Shown: positions 1 through 12,583, counted from the first letter of the stretch. The stretch is DNA of 64,000 nt from Azolla caroliniana (GCA_043228905.1 JBHGNT010000018.1:7936001-8000000); one strand, 5' to 3'. The notes: generated by a model from the letters alone, not told the origin. Numbers and translations: made by a program.

Positions 1-409
1 TAATTAATAATAAATGGATCTGAGTGGACGTATTTATAATCAATTTATGTGAACTGCTTAATTAAAACTCACAATCGAATACTCGTAATTGATTTTTGAG
101 GAAGTACGGAAAATCTATAGGAGTGTCTAAATAAGAAATACCTTATTCATTTTGGTTACTTGCGACCTGTTATACTGAGTTTTTGCTTCCATGGTAATCC
201 TTTAATGCATAATACAGAAGTAGAGTTTGGATTTCTTGTGTCCTCGAACCGCTTAGAGTTTGTGGAAATGTGATTTGACTATACAAGACCATAAATATGG
301 AATATCTTAGTAATGTTACCCACATGAGATTGGTTAAACCTCAATTTTCGACAAATAAAGCAATTCAGTTCTTCTGAACCGAAATGACATATCTAATCAT
401 TATTTCATT

Positions 410-482
410 CGCACTAGGAAGGGGTCGAACCTTCGGCCTTCTGCTTAGGAAACAGACGCTCTATCCACTAAGCTACAAGTGC
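410..482 (-). tRNA. trnR-CCU: tRNA-Arg(CCU), best-preserved copy
   Basis: One change from the array consensus (D-stem C13>U, still a wobble pair); A and B boxes, A20 and anticodon CCT intact. Confidence 0.88.
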
Positions 483-945
483 GAAATCTTTGCTCCCAAA
501 GAAAGAGTCGATGATCCTATTAATTCTTCTAATTAATAATAAATGCATCTGAGTTGAAGTATTTATAATCAATTTATGTGAACTGCCTAATTAAAGCTCA
601 CAAATGAATCATCGTCCTGAATGGATTTTTGAGGAGGTATTGTAAATCTATATTAGTGGATAAATTCCAAATACCTCCTTCTTTTTGGTTCCTTGGGACC
701 CATTACAGAGTGTCTTTTTGCTTTAATGGTAAACCCGTCATGCGCAATACAACAATAGTGTTTTGCATTTGTTGTGTCGTAGAACCACTTATATTTTTTG
801 GAAAATTATTTTTACTATATGAGACCATAAAAGTGGAGTATCTTAGTATTGTTAGCCAAATGAGATTGGTTAAACCTGGATCTTCGACGCATAAACGAAT
901 TCCAGTCTAATGAACCGAAATGACATTTCTGATCATTATTTTAAT

Positions 946-1018
946 CGCACTAGGAAGGGGTCGAACTTTCGGCCTTATGCTTAGGAAACAGGCGCTCTAT
1001 CGACTGAGCTACAAGTGC
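946..1018 (-). pseudogene. tRNA-Arg(CCU) degenerate copy
   Basis: Several changes, including the D-loop GG and the anticodon stem. Confidence 0.75.
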
Positions 1019-1212
1019 GAAATGCTTGCTTCTAAAGAAAGAGTCGATGATCCTATTAATTCGGCTAACAATACTAAGATACTCCACGAGAAAATAAATG
1101 TGGAGTATATGAGTATTGTTACGCACATGAGATTGGTTAAACGTCGATCTTCGACACATAAAGCAATTTAGTTCTTCTAAACCGAAATGACATATCTAAT
1201 CATTATTTCAGT

Positions 1213-1285
1213 CGCACTAGGAAGGGGTCAAACCTTCGGCCTTCTGCTTAGGAACCAGACGCTCTATCCAGTGAGCTACAAGTCC
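1213..1285 (-). pseudogene. tRNA-Arg(CCU) degenerate copy
   Basis: B-box C56>T and other changes. Confidence 0.75.
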
Positions 1286-1478
1286 GAAATCCTTGCTCCC
1301 AAAGAAAGAGTCGATGATCCTATTCATTCTTCTTATTACTAAGAAATCTAGACGAGACAATAAATGTCGAGTATATGAGTATTGTTACGCACATGAGAAT
1401 GGTTAAACGTCGATCTTCGACACAGAAAGCAATTCAGTTCTTCTAAACCGAAATGACATATCTAATCATTATTTCAGT

Positions 1479-1551
1479 CGCACTAGGAAAGGGTCGAACC
1501 TTCGGCCTTCTGCTTAGGAAACAGACGCTCTATCCATTGAGCTACAAGTGT
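1479..1551 (-). tRNA. trnR-CCU: tRNA-Arg(CCU) copy, near-intact
   Basis: Three transitions versus consensus, including G1>A; anticodon and B box intact. Confidence 0.6.
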
Positions 1552-1736
1552 GAAATCCTTGCTCCCAAAGAAAGAGTCGATGATCCTATTAATTCTTCTA
1601 ATTAATAATAAATGCATACGAGACAATAAATGTGGAGTATATGAGTATTGTTATGTATATGAGTATATGATCTTTGACACCTAAACGAATTCTGGTCTAA
1701 TTGAACCGAAATGACATTTCTGATCATTATTTCAAG

Positions 1737-1809
1737 CGCACTAGGAAAGGGTCGAACCTTCGGCCTTCTGCTTAGGAAACAGACGCTCTATCCATTGAGC
1801 TACAAGTGT
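1737..1809 (-). tRNA. trnR-CCU: tRNA-Arg(CCU) copy, near-intact
   Basis: Same three transitions as the 1479 copy. Confidence 0.6.
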
Positions 1810-2268
1810 GAAATCCTTGCTCCCAAAGAAAAAGTCGACGATCCTATTAATTCTGCTAATTAATAATAAATGCATTTGAGTTGACGTATTTATAATCAAT
1901 TTATGTGGACTGCTTAATTAAAGATCACAAATAAATATTGGTCATCGCTTTCTGAGGAAGTACGAGATATCTATCTGAATGGCTAAATGCGAAATACCTC
2001 ATTCATTTTGGTTACTTGGGACCCATTCCAATCTGACTTTTTCCTCTCATGGTAAACCCTTAATGCGTAATACAACTCTAGAGTTTTATATTTGTTGTGT
2101 CCTAGAACTACCCATAGTTTTTGGAAATTTGTTTTTACTATACGAGACCATAAATGTGGAGTATCTTAGTATTGTTACGCACATTAGATTGGTTAAACCT
2201 CCAACTTCGACATATAAACCAATTCCAATCTTGTTAACCCAAATGACATTTATGATCATTATTTCAAT

Positions 2269-2341
2269 CGCACTAGGAAGGGGTCGAACCTTCGGCCTTC
2301 TGCTTAGGAAACAAACGCTCTATCCACTGAGCTACAAATGT
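2269..2341 (-). pseudogene. tRNA-Arg(CCU) copy with weakened acceptor stem
   Basis: Transitions in the acceptor and anticodon stems; upstream CAA region deleted. Confidence 0.65.
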
Positions 2342-2506
2342 GAAATCCTATTAATTCATCTTATTACTAAGAAATCCATACAAGACAATAAATGTCGAGT
2401 ATATGAGTATTGTTACGCACATGAGATTGGTTAAACGTGGATCTTCGACACATAAAGCAATTCAGTTCTTCTAAACCGAAATGACATATCTAATCATTAT
2501 TTCAGT

Positions 2507-2579
2507 CGCACTAGGAAGGGGTCAAACCTTCGGCCTTCTTCTTAGGAACCAGACACTCTATCCACTGAGCTACAAGTGC
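2507..2579 (-). pseudogene. tRNA-Arg(CCU) degenerate copy
   Basis: C56>T and anticodon-stem mismatches. Confidence 0.75.
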
Positions 2580-2772
2580 GAAATCCTTGCTCCCAAAGAA
2601 AGAGTCGATGATCCTATTAATTCTTCTTATTACTAATAAATCCATATCAGACAATAAATGTGGAGTACATGAGTATTGTTACTCACATGAGATTGGTTAA
2701 ACTTCGATCTTTGACACCTAAACGAATTCTAGTCTAATGAACCGAAATGACATTTCTGATCATTATTTCAAG

Positions 2773-2845
2773 CTCACTAGGAAGGGGTCAAACCTTCGGC
2801 CTTCTGCTTACGAAACAGACGCTCTATCCACTGAGCTACAAGTGG
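2773..2845 (-). pseudogene. tRNA-Arg-derived copy with anticodon CGT
   Basis: Plus strand reads gcttacgaaac; C56>T; acceptor ends mutated. Confidence 0.75.
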
Positions 2846-3304
2846 AAAATGCTTGCTCCAAAAGAAAGAGTCAATGATTGTATTAATTCTTCGTATTAAT
2901 AATAAATGCATCTGACTTGATGTATTTATAATCAATTTATGTGAACTGCTTAATTAAAGCTTACAAATGAATCATAGTCATCGATTTCTGAGGAACTACG
3001 AGAAATCTATATGAGTGGCTAAATGCGAAATACCTCATTCAGTTTGGTTACCTGGGCCCCATGACACTGTGACTTTTTGCTCTGATGGTAAACCCTTAAT
3101 GCGTAATACAACTCTCGAGTTTTGCATTTGTTGTGTCCTAGAACCACCCATAGTTTTTGGAAATTTGTTTATACTATACGTGCCCATAAATGTAGAGTAT
3201 CTTAGTATTCCTACGCACATTAGATTGGTTAAACCTCCAACTTCGACATATAAACCAATTCCAGTCTTGTTAACGCAAATGACATTTCTGATCATTATGT
3301 CAAT

Positions 3305-3377
3305 CGCACTAGGAAGCGGTCGAACCTTCGCCCTTATCCTTCGGAAACAAACGCTCTATCCACTGAGCTACAAGTGC
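3305..3377 (-). pseudogene. tRNA-Arg-derived copy with anticodon CCG
   Basis: Plus strand reads cttcggaaac; anticodon stem degenerate. Confidence 0.75.
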
Positions 3378-3836
3378 GAAATGCTTGCTCCGAAAGAAAG
3401 AGTCCATGATACTATTAATTATTGTAATTAATAATCAATGCATTTGAGTTGACGTATTTATAATCAATTTATGTGAACTGCTTAATTAAAGCTTACAAAT
3501 GAATCATCGTCATCGATTTCTGAGGAACTACGAGAAATCTATATGAGTGGCTAAATGCGAAATACCTCATTCAGTTTGGTTACCTGGGACCCCTGACACT
3601 GTGGGTTTTTGCTCTGATGGTAAACCCTTAATGCGTAATACAACTCTCGAGTTTTGCATTTGTTGTTTCCTAGAACCACCCATAGTTTTTGGAAATTTGT
3701 TTTTACTATATGTGCCCATAAATGTGGAGTATCTTAGTATTCTTACGCACATTAGATTGGTTAAACCTCCAACTTCGACATATAAACCAATTCCAGTCTT
3801 GTTAACGCAAATGACATTTCTGATAATTATGTCAAT

Positions 3837-3909
3837 CGCACTAGGAAGGGGACGAACCTTCGGCCTTATGCTTCGGAAACAAACGCTCTATCCACTGAGC
3901 TACAAGTGC
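3837..3909 (-). pseudogene. tRNA-Arg-derived copy with anticodon CCG
   Basis: Plus strand reads gcttcggaaac; A58>T. Confidence 0.7.
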
Positions 3910-4367
3910 GAAATGCTTGCTCCGAAAGAAAGAGTCGATGATCTTATTAATTATTGTAATTAATAATCAATGCATTTGAGTTGACGTATTTAGAATCAAT
4001 TTATGTGAACTGCTTAATTAAAGGTCACAAATGAATATTCGTCATCGCTTTCTAAGCAAGTACGAGAAATCTATCTGAGTGGCTAAATGCGAAATACCTC
4101 ATTGATTTTGGTTACTTGGGACCCATTCCAATGTGAGTTTTTGCTCTCATGGTAAACCCTTAATGCGTAATACAAGCTAGAGTTATGCATTTGTTGTGTC
4201 CTAGAACTACCCATAGTTTTTGGAAATTTGTTTGTACTAGACGAGACCATAAATGTGGAGTATGTTAGTATTGTTACGCACATTAGATTGGTTAAACCTC
4301 CAACTTCGACATATAAACCAATTCCAATCTTGTTAACCCAAATGACATTTATGATCATTATTTCAAT

Positions 4368-4440
4368 CGCACTAGGAAGTGGTCGAACCTTCGGCCTTCT
4401 ACTTAGGAAACAGACACTTTATCCGCTGATCTAATAGTAC
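4368..4440 (-). pseudogene. tRNA-Arg(CCU) degenerate copy
   Basis: 5' half heavily mutated. Confidence 0.75.
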
Positions 4441-4896
4441 GAAATGCTTGCTCCGAAAGAAAGAGTCGATGGTCCTATTAATTATTCTAATTAATAATAA
4501 ATGGATCTGAGTTGACGTATTTATAATCAATTTATGTGAACTGCTTAATTAAAACTCACAATCGAATACTCGTAATTGATTTTTGAGGAAGTACGGAAAA
4601 TCTATAGGAGTGTCTAAATAAGAAATACCTTATTCATTTTGGTTACTTGCGACCTGTTATACTGAGTTTTTGCTTCCATGGTAATCCTTTAATGCATAAT
4701 ACAGAAGTAGAGTTTGGATTTCTTGTGTCCTCCAACCGCTTAGAGTTTGTGGAAATGTGATTTGACTATACAAGACCATAAATATGGAATATCTTAGTAA
4801 TGTTACCCACATGAGATTGGTTAAACCTCAATTTTCGACAAATAAAGCAATTCAGTTCTTCTGAACCGAAATGACATATCTAATCATTATTTCAGT

Positions 4897-4969
4897 CGCA
4901 CTAGGAAGGGGTCGAACCTTCGGCCTTCTGCTGAGGAAACAGACGCTCTATCCACTGAGCTACAAGTGC
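4897..4969 (-). tRNA. trnR-CCU: tRNA-Arg(CCU) copy, single change (A37>C)
   Basis: Otherwise identical to the consensus cloverleaf. Confidence 0.7.
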
Positions 4970-5432
4970 GAAATCTTTGCTCCCATAGAAACAGTCGATG
5001 ATCCTATTAATTCTTCTAATTAATAATAAATGCATTTGAGTTGAAGTATTTATAATCAATTTATGTGAACTGCCTAATTAAAGCTCACAAATGAATCATC
5101 GTCCTGAATGGAGTTTTGAGGAGGTATTGTAAATCTATATTAGTGGATAAATTCCAAATACCTCCTTCTTTTTGGTTCCTTGGGACCCATTACAGAGTGT
5201 CTTTTTGCTTTAATGGTAAACCCGTCATGCGCAATACAACAATAGTGTTTTGCATTTGTTGTGTCGTAGAACCACTTATATTTTTTGGAAAATTATTTTT
5301 ACTATATGAGACCATAAAAGTGGAGTATCTTAGTATTGTTAGCCAAATGAGATTGGTTAAACCTGGATCTTCGACGCATAAACGAATTCCAGTGTAATGA
5401 ACCGAAATGACATTTCTGATCATTATTACAAT

Positions 5433-5505
5433 CGCACTAGGAAGGGGTCGAACTTTCGGCCTTCTGCTTAGGAAACAGGTGCTGTATCGACTGAGCTACA
5501 AGTGC
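5433..5505 (-). pseudogene. tRNA-Arg(CCU) degenerate copy
   Basis: D-arm mutations. Confidence 0.75.
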
Positions 5506-5964
5506 AAAATTCTTGCTTCGAAAGAAAGAGTCGATGGTCCTATTAATTCTTCAATGTATTAATAAATGCATCTGAGTTGAAGTATTTAAAATCAATTTAT
5601 GTGGATTGCTTAATTAAAACTCACGACTGAATCCTCATAATTGATTTTTGAGGAAGTACGGAAAATCTATAGGAGTGTCTACATGCGAAATACCTCATTC
5701 ATTTTGGTTACTTGCGACCCATCACACTATGAGTTTTTGCTTCCATGGTAATCCTTTAATGCATAATATAGAAGTGGAGTTTCGCATTTGTTGGGTCTGA
5801 GAACCGCTTATAGTTTGTGAAAATTTGATTTCACTATAGGAGACCATAAATATGGAATATCTTATTATTGTTACGCACATGAGATTGGTTAAACGTTGAT
5901 CTTCAACACATAAAGCAATTCAGTTCTTCTAAACCGAAATGACATATCTAATCATTATTTCAGT

Positions 5965-6037
5965 CGCACTAGGAAGGGGTCGAACCTTCGGCCTTCTGCT
6001 TAGGAACTAGACGCTCTATTCACTGAGCTACAAGTGC
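5965..6037 (-). pseudogene. tRNA-Arg(CCU) degenerate copy
   Basis: G19>A and anticodon-stem changes. Confidence 0.7.
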
Positions 6038-6230
6038 GAAATCCTTGCTCCCAAAGAAAGAGTCGATGATCCTATTAATTCTTCTTATTACTAAGAAATG
6101 CATACGAGACAATAAATGTGGAGTATATGAGTATTGTTACGCACATGAGATTGGTTAAACGTCGATCTTTGACACGTAAACGAATTCTAGTCTAATGAAC
6201 CGAAATGACATTTCTGATCATTATTTCAAG

Positions 6231-6303
6231 CACACTAGGAAGGGGTCGAACATTCGGCCTTCTGCTTAGGAAACAGACGCTCTATCCACTGAGCTACAAG
6301 TGT
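6231..6303 (-). pseudogene. tRNA-Arg(CCU) copy
   Basis: T-stem mismatch; the 1-72 pair is converted to A-U. Confidence 0.6.
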
Positions 6304-6468
6304 GAAATCCTATTAATTCATCTTATTACTAAGAAATGCATACGAGACAATAAATGTGGAGTATAGGAGTATTGTTACGCACATGAGATTGGTTAAACGT
6401 CGATCTTCGACACATAAAGCAATTCAGTTGTTTTTAACCAAAATGACATATCTAATCATTATTTCAGT

Positions 6469-6541
6469 CGCACTAGGAAGGGGTCGAACCTTCGGCCTTC
6501 TGCTTAGGAACCAGACGCTCTATCCACTGAGCTACAAGTGC
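6469..6541 (-). tRNA. trnR-CCU: tRNA-Arg(CCU) copy, single change (U31>G)
   Basis: Otherwise consensus. Confidence 0.7.
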
Positions 6542-6734
6542 GAAATCCTTGCTCCCAAAGAAAGAGTCGATGATCCTATTCATTCTTCTTATTACTAAGA
6601 AATCCATACGCGACAATAAATGTGGAGTATATGAGTATTGTTACGCACATGAGATTGGTTAAACGTCGATCTTCGACACATAAAGCAATTCAGTTCTTTT
6701 TAACCAAAATGACATATCTAATTATTATTTCAGT

Positions 6735-6807
6735 CGCACTAGGAAGGGGTCGAACCTTCGACCTTCTGCATAGGAACCAGACGCTCTATCCACTAAGCTA
6801 CAAGTGC
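6735..6807 (-). pseudogene. tRNA-Arg(CCU) copy
   Basis: Four changes versus consensus. Confidence 0.65.
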
Positions 6808-7000
6808 GAAATCCTTGCTCCCAAAGAAAGAGTCGATGATCCTATTAATTCTTCTTATTACTAAGAAATCCATACGAGACAATAAATGTGGAGTATATGA
6901 ATATTGTTACGCACATGGGATTGGTTAAACTTCGATGTTTGACACCTAATCGAATTCTGGTCTAATGAACCGAAATGATATTTCTGATCATTATCTCAAG

Positions 7001-7073
7001 CGCACTAGGAAGGGGTCGAACCTTCGGCCTTCTGCTTAGGAAACAGACGCTCTATCCACTGCGCTACAAGTGC
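7001..7073 (-). tRNA. trnR-CCU: tRNA-Arg(CCU) copy, single change (D-stem U12>G)
   Basis: Otherwise consensus. Confidence 0.7.
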
Positions 7074-7266
7074 GAAATCCTTGCTCCCAAAGAAAGAGTC
7101 GATGATCCTATTAATTCTTCTTATTACTAAGAAACGCATACGAGACAATAAATGTGGAGTATATGAGTATTGTTACGCACATGAGATTGGTTAAACTTCG
7201 ATCTTTGACACCTAAACAAATTCTAGTCTAATGAACCGAAATGACATTTCTGATCATTATTTCAAG

Positions 7267-7339
7267 CGCACTAGGAAGGGCTCGAACCCTCGGCCTTGTC
7301 CTTAGGAAACAGACGCTCTATCCACTGAGCTACAAGTGC
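7267..7339 (-). pseudogene. tRNA-Arg(CCU) degenerate copy
   Basis: Anticodon-stem and T-arm changes. Confidence 0.75.
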
Positions 7340-7572
7340 GAAATCCTTGCTCCCAAAGAAAGTGTCGATGATCCTATTAATTCTTCTTATTACTAAGAAA
7401 TCCATATGAGACAATAAATGTGGAGTATATGAGTATTGTTACGCACATGAGATTGGTTAAACTTCGATCTTAGTATTGTTACGAACATTTGATTGGTTAA
7501 ACCTCCAACTTTGACATATAAACCAATTCCAGTCTTGTTATAACAAATGACATTTCTGATCATTATGTGAAT

Positions 7573-7645
7573 CGCACTAGGACGAGGTCGAACCTTCGGC
7601 CTTCTGCTTAGGAAACTGGCGCTCTATCCACTGAGCTAGAAGTGC
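7573..7645 (-). pseudogene. tRNA-Arg(CCU) degenerate copy
   Basis: Multiple stem mismatches. Confidence 0.75.
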
Positions 7646-8105
7646 GAAATGCTTGCTCCGAAAGAAAGAGTCGATGATCCTATTAATTATTGTAATTAGT
7701 AATAAATGCATATGAGGTGACGTATTTATAATCAATTTATGTGAACTGCTAAATTAGACCTCACAAATGAATCATCGTCATCGATTTCTAAGGAACTACG
7801 AGGAATCTATATGAATGGCTAAATGCGAAATACCTAATTCATTTTCGTTACCTGGGCCCCATTACACTGTGAATTTTTGCTCTGATGGTAAACCCTTAAT
7901 GCGTAATACAACTATCGAGTTTTGCATTTGTTGTGTCCTAGAACCACCCATAGTTTTTTGGAAATTTGTTTTTACTATACATGCCCATAAATGTGGCGTA
8001 TCTTAGTATTCTTACGCACATTAGATTGGTTAAACCTCCAACTTCGACATATAAACCAATTCCAGTCTTGTTAACGCAAATGACATTTTTGATCATTATG
8101 TCAAT

Positions 8106-8178
8106 CGCACTAGGAAGCGGTCGAATCTTCGCCCTGATGATTTGGAAACAAACGCTCTATCCACTGAGCTACAAGTGC
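8106..8178 (-). pseudogene. tRNA-Arg-derived copy with anticodon CCA, degenerate
   Basis: Plus strand reads gatttggaaac; T-arm mutated. Confidence 0.7.
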
Positions 8179-8637
8179 GAAATGCTTGCTCCGAAAGGAA
8201 GAGTCGATGATCCTATTAATTGTTGTAATTAATAATCAATGTATTTGAGTTGACGTAATTATAATCAATTTATGTTAACTCCTTAATTAAAGTTCACAAA
8301 TGAATATTCGTCATCGCTTTCTGAGGAAGTACGAGAAATCTATCTGAGTGGCTAAATGCGAAATACCTAATTCATTTTGGTTACTTGGGACCCATTCCAA
8401 TGTGACTTTTTGCTCTCATGGTAAACCCTTAATGCGTAATACAACTCTAGAGTTTTGCATTTGTTGTGTCCTAGAACTACCCATAGATTTTGGAAATTTG
8501 TTTTTACTATACGAGACCATAAATGTGGAGTATGTTAGTATTGTTACGCACATTAGATTGGTTAAACCTCCAACTTCGACATATAAACCAATTCCAATCT
8601 TGTTAACCCAAATGACATTTATGATCATTATTTCAAT

Positions 8638-8710
8638 CGCACTAGGAAGGGGTCGAACCTTCGGCCTTCTATTTAGGAAACAGACACTTTATCCGCTGAG
8701 CTACAAGTAC
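8638..8710 (-). pseudogene. tRNA-Arg(CCU) degenerate copy
   Basis: Multiple transitions. Confidence 0.75.
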
Positions 8711-9120
8711 GAAATGCTTGCTCCGAAAGAAAGAGTCGATGGTCCTATTAATTATTTTAATTAATAATAAATGGATATGAGTTGACGTATTTATAATCAA
8801 TTTATGTGAACTGCTTAATTAAAACTCACAATCGAATACTCGTAATTGATTTTTAAGGAAGTACGGAAAATCTATAGGAGTGTCTAAATAAGAAATACCT
8901 TATTCATTTTGGTTACTTGCGACCCATCACACTGAGTTTGGATTTGTTGGGTCCTCGAACCGCTTAGAGTTTGTGGAAATTTGATTTGACTATACAAGAC
9001 CATAAATATGGAATATCTTAGTAATGTTACCGACATGAGATTGGTTAAACCTCCATTTTCGACACATAAAGAATTTCAGTTCTTCTGAACCGAAATGACA
9101 TATCTAATCACTATTTCAGT

Positions 9121-9193
9121 CGCACTAGGAAGGGGTCAAACCTTCGGCTTTCTCCTTAGGAAACAGACGCTCTATCCACTGAGCTACAAGTGC
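9121..9193 (-). pseudogene. tRNA-Arg(CCU) degenerate copy
   Basis: C56>T and an anticodon-stem mismatch. Confidence 0.75.
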
Positions 9194-9656
9194 GAAATCT
9201 TTGCTCCCAAAGAAAAAGTCGATGATCCTATTAATTCTTCTAATTAATAATAAATGCATTTGAGTTGAAGTATTTATAATCAATTTATGTGAACTGCCTA
9301 ATTAAAGCTCACAAATGAATCATCGTCCTGAATGGATTTTTGAGAAGGTATTGTAAATCTATATGAGTGGATAAATCCCAAATACCTCCTTCTTTTTGGT
9401 TCCTTGGGACCCATTACAGAATGTCTTTTTGCTTTAATGGTAAACCCGTCATGCGCAATACAACAATAGTGTTTTGCATTTGTTTTGTCGTAGAACCACT
9501 TATATTTTTTGGAAAATTATTTTTACTATATGAGACCATAAAAGTGGAGTATCTTAGTATTGTTAGCCAAATGAGATTGGTTAAACCTCGATATTCGACG
9601 CATAAACGAATTCCAGTCTAATGAACCGAAATGACATTTCTGATCATTATTTCAAT

Positions 9657-9729
9657 CGCACTAGGAAGGGGTCGAACTTTCGGCCTTCTGCTTAGGAAAC
9701 CGGCGCTTTATCGACTGAGCTACAAGTGC
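9657..9729 (-). pseudogene. tRNA-Arg(CCU) degenerate copy
   Basis: D-loop and stem changes. Confidence 0.75.
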
Positions 9730-10187
9730 AAAATTCTTGCTTCGAAAGAAAGAGTGGACGGTCCTATTAATTCTTCTATGTATTAATAAATGCATATGAG
9801 TTGAAGTATTTAAAATCAATTTATGTGGATTTCTTAATTAAAACTCACGACTGAATCCTCATAATTGATTTTTGAAGAAGTACTGAAAATCTATAGGAGT
9901 GTCTACATGTGAAATACCTCATACATTTTGGTTACTTGTGACCCATCACACTATGAGTTTTTGCTTCCATGGTAATCCTTTAATGCAGAATATAGAAGTG
10001 GAGTTTTGCATTTGTTGGGTCGTAGAACCGCTTATAGTTTGTGAAAATTTGATTTCACTATAGGAGACCATAAATATGGAAAATCTTAGTATTGTTACGC
10101 ACATGAGATTGGTTTACGTCGATCTTCGACACATAAAGCAATTCAGTTCTTCTAAACCAAAATGACATATCTAATCATTAATTGAGT

Positions 10188-10260
10188 CGCACTAGGAAGG
10201 CATCGAACCTTCGGCCTTCTGCTTAGGAACTAGACGCTCTATCCACTGAGCTATAAGTGC
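10188..10260 (-). pseudogene. tRNA-Arg(CCU) degenerate copy
   Basis: T-loop and stem changes. Confidence 0.7.
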
Positions 10261-10453
10261 GAAATCCTTGCTCCCAAAGAAAGAGTCGATGATCCTATTA
10301 ATTCTCCTTATTACTAAGAAATGTATACGAGACAATAAATGTGGAGTATATGAGTATTGTTACGCACATGAGATTGGTTAAACGTCGATCTTCGACACAT
10401 AAAGCAATTCAGTTCTTCTAAACCGAAATGACATAGCTAATCATTATTTCAGT

Positions 10454-10526
10454 CGCACTAGGAAGGGGTCGAACCGTCGGCCTTCTGCTTAGGAACCAGA
10501 CACTCTATACGATGAGCTACAAGTAC
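10454..10526 (-). pseudogene. tRNA-Arg(CCU) degenerate copy
   Basis: D-loop mutated. Confidence 0.75.
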
Positions 10527-10985
10527 GAAATGCTTGTTCCGAAAGAAAGAGTCGATGGTCCTATTACTTCTTCTATTTACTAATAAATGCATCTGAGTTG
10601 ACGTATTTAAAATCAAATTATGTGAACTACCTAATTAAAGGTCACAAATGAATCCTCGTAAGTGATTTTTGAGGAAGTAAGGAAAATCTATAGGAGTGTC
10701 TAAATGCGAAATACGTGATTCATTTTGGTTACTCGCGACCAATCACACTATGAGCTTTTGCTTCCATGGTAATCCTTTAATGCATAATTCAGAAGTAGAG
10801 TTTTGCATTTGTTGGGTCCTAGAACCGCTTAGAGTTTGTGGAAATTTGATTTGACTATACGAGACCATAAATATGGAATATCTCAGTAATGTTACCCACA
10901 TGACATTCGTTAAACCTCAATTTTTGACACATAAAGCAATTCAGTTCTTGTGAACCGAAATGACATATCTAATCATTATTTCAGT

Positions 10986-11058
10986 CGCACTAGGAAGGCA
11001 TCGAACCTTCAGACTTCTACTTAGGATATAGACGCTCTATCCACTGAGCTATAAGTGC
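10986..11058 (-). pseudogene. tRNA-Arg(CCU) degenerate copy
   Basis: Many changes. Confidence 0.75.
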
Positions 11059-11520
11059 GAAATCCTTGCTCCCAAAGAAAGAGTCATGATCCTATTAATT
11101 CTTCTAATTAATAATAAATGCATCTGAGTTGAAGTATTTATAATCAATTTATGTGAATTGCCTAATTAAATCTCACAAATGAATCATCGTCTTGAATGGA
11201 ATTTTGAGGACGTACTGTAAATCTATATGAGTGGATAAATTCCAAATACCTCCTTCTTTTTGGTTCCTTGGGACCCATTACAGAGTGTCTTTTTGCTTTA
11301 ATGGTAAACCCGTAATGCGCAATACAACAATAGTGTTTTGCACTTGTTGTGTCGTAGAACCACTTATATTTTTTGGAAAATTAATTTTACTATTTGAGAC
11401 CATAAAAGTGGAGTATCTTAGTACTGTTAGCCAAATGAGATTGGTTAAACGTCGATCTTCGACGCATAAACGAATTCCAGTCTAATGAACCGAAATGACA
11501 TTTCTGGTCAATATTTCAAT

Positions 11521-11593
11521 CACACTAGGAAGGGGTCGAACCTTCGGCCTTATGCTTAGGAAACAGACACTCTATCCACTGAGCTACAAGTGC
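11521..11593 (-). pseudogene. tRNA-Arg(CCU) copy
   Basis: Three changes; A and B boxes intact. Confidence 0.6.
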
Positions 11594-12051
11594 GAAATGC
11601 TTGCTCCAAAAGAAAGAGTCAATGATTCTATTAATTCTTCTAATTAATAAGAAATGCATCTCAGTTGACGTATTTATAATCAATTTATGTGAATTGCTTA
11701 ATTAAAGCTCACAAATGAATCATCGTCATCGATTTCTGAGGAACTACGAGAAATCTATATGAGTGGCTAAATGCGAAATACCTTATTCATTTTGGTTACC
11801 TGGGACCCATTACACTGTGAATTTTTGCTCTGATGGTAAACCCTTAATGCGTAATACAACTCTCGATTTTGCATTTGTTGTTTCCTAGAACCACCCATAG
11901 TTTTTGGAAATTTGTTTTTACTATACGTGCCCATAAATGTGGAGTATCTTAGTATTCTTACGCACATTAGATTGGTTAAACCTCCAACTTCGACATATAA
12001 ACCAATTCTAGTCTTGTTAACGCAAATGACATTTCTGATCATTATGTCAAT

Positions 12052-12124
12052 CGCACTAGGAAGGGGTCGAACCTTTGGCCTTCTACTTAGGAAACAGACA
12101 CTCTATCCGATGAGCTACAAGTGC
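12052..12124 (-). pseudogene. tRNA-Arg(CCU) degenerate copy
   Basis: Several changes. Confidence 0.7.
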
Positions 12125-12583
12125 AAAATGCTTGTTCCGAAAGAAAGAGTCGGTGGTCCTATTAAGTCTTCTATTTACTAATAAATGCATCTGAGTTGAC
12201 GTATTTAAAATCAAATCATGTGAACTGCATAATTAAAACTCACAAGTGAATCCTCGTAAGTGATTTTTGAAGAAGTAAGGAAAATCTATACGAGTGTCTA
12301 AATGCGAAATACCTCATTCATTTTGGTTACTTGCGACACATCACACTATGAGTTTTTGCTTCCATTGTAAACCTTTAATGCATAATACAGAAGTAGAGTT
12401 TTGCATTTGTTGGGTCCTAGAACTGCTTAGAGTTTGTGGAAATTTGATTTGACTATATGAGACCATAAATATGGAATATCTTAGTAATGTTACCCACATG
12501 AGATTGGTTAAATTTCAATTTTCGACACATAAAGCAATTCTGTTCTTCTGAACCCAAATGACATATCTGATCATTATTTCAAT

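Noticed and set aside
2052-2062. Telo-box-like taaaccctt in each long spacer
   Set aside because: It does not match AAACCCTA and is absent from the short monomers.
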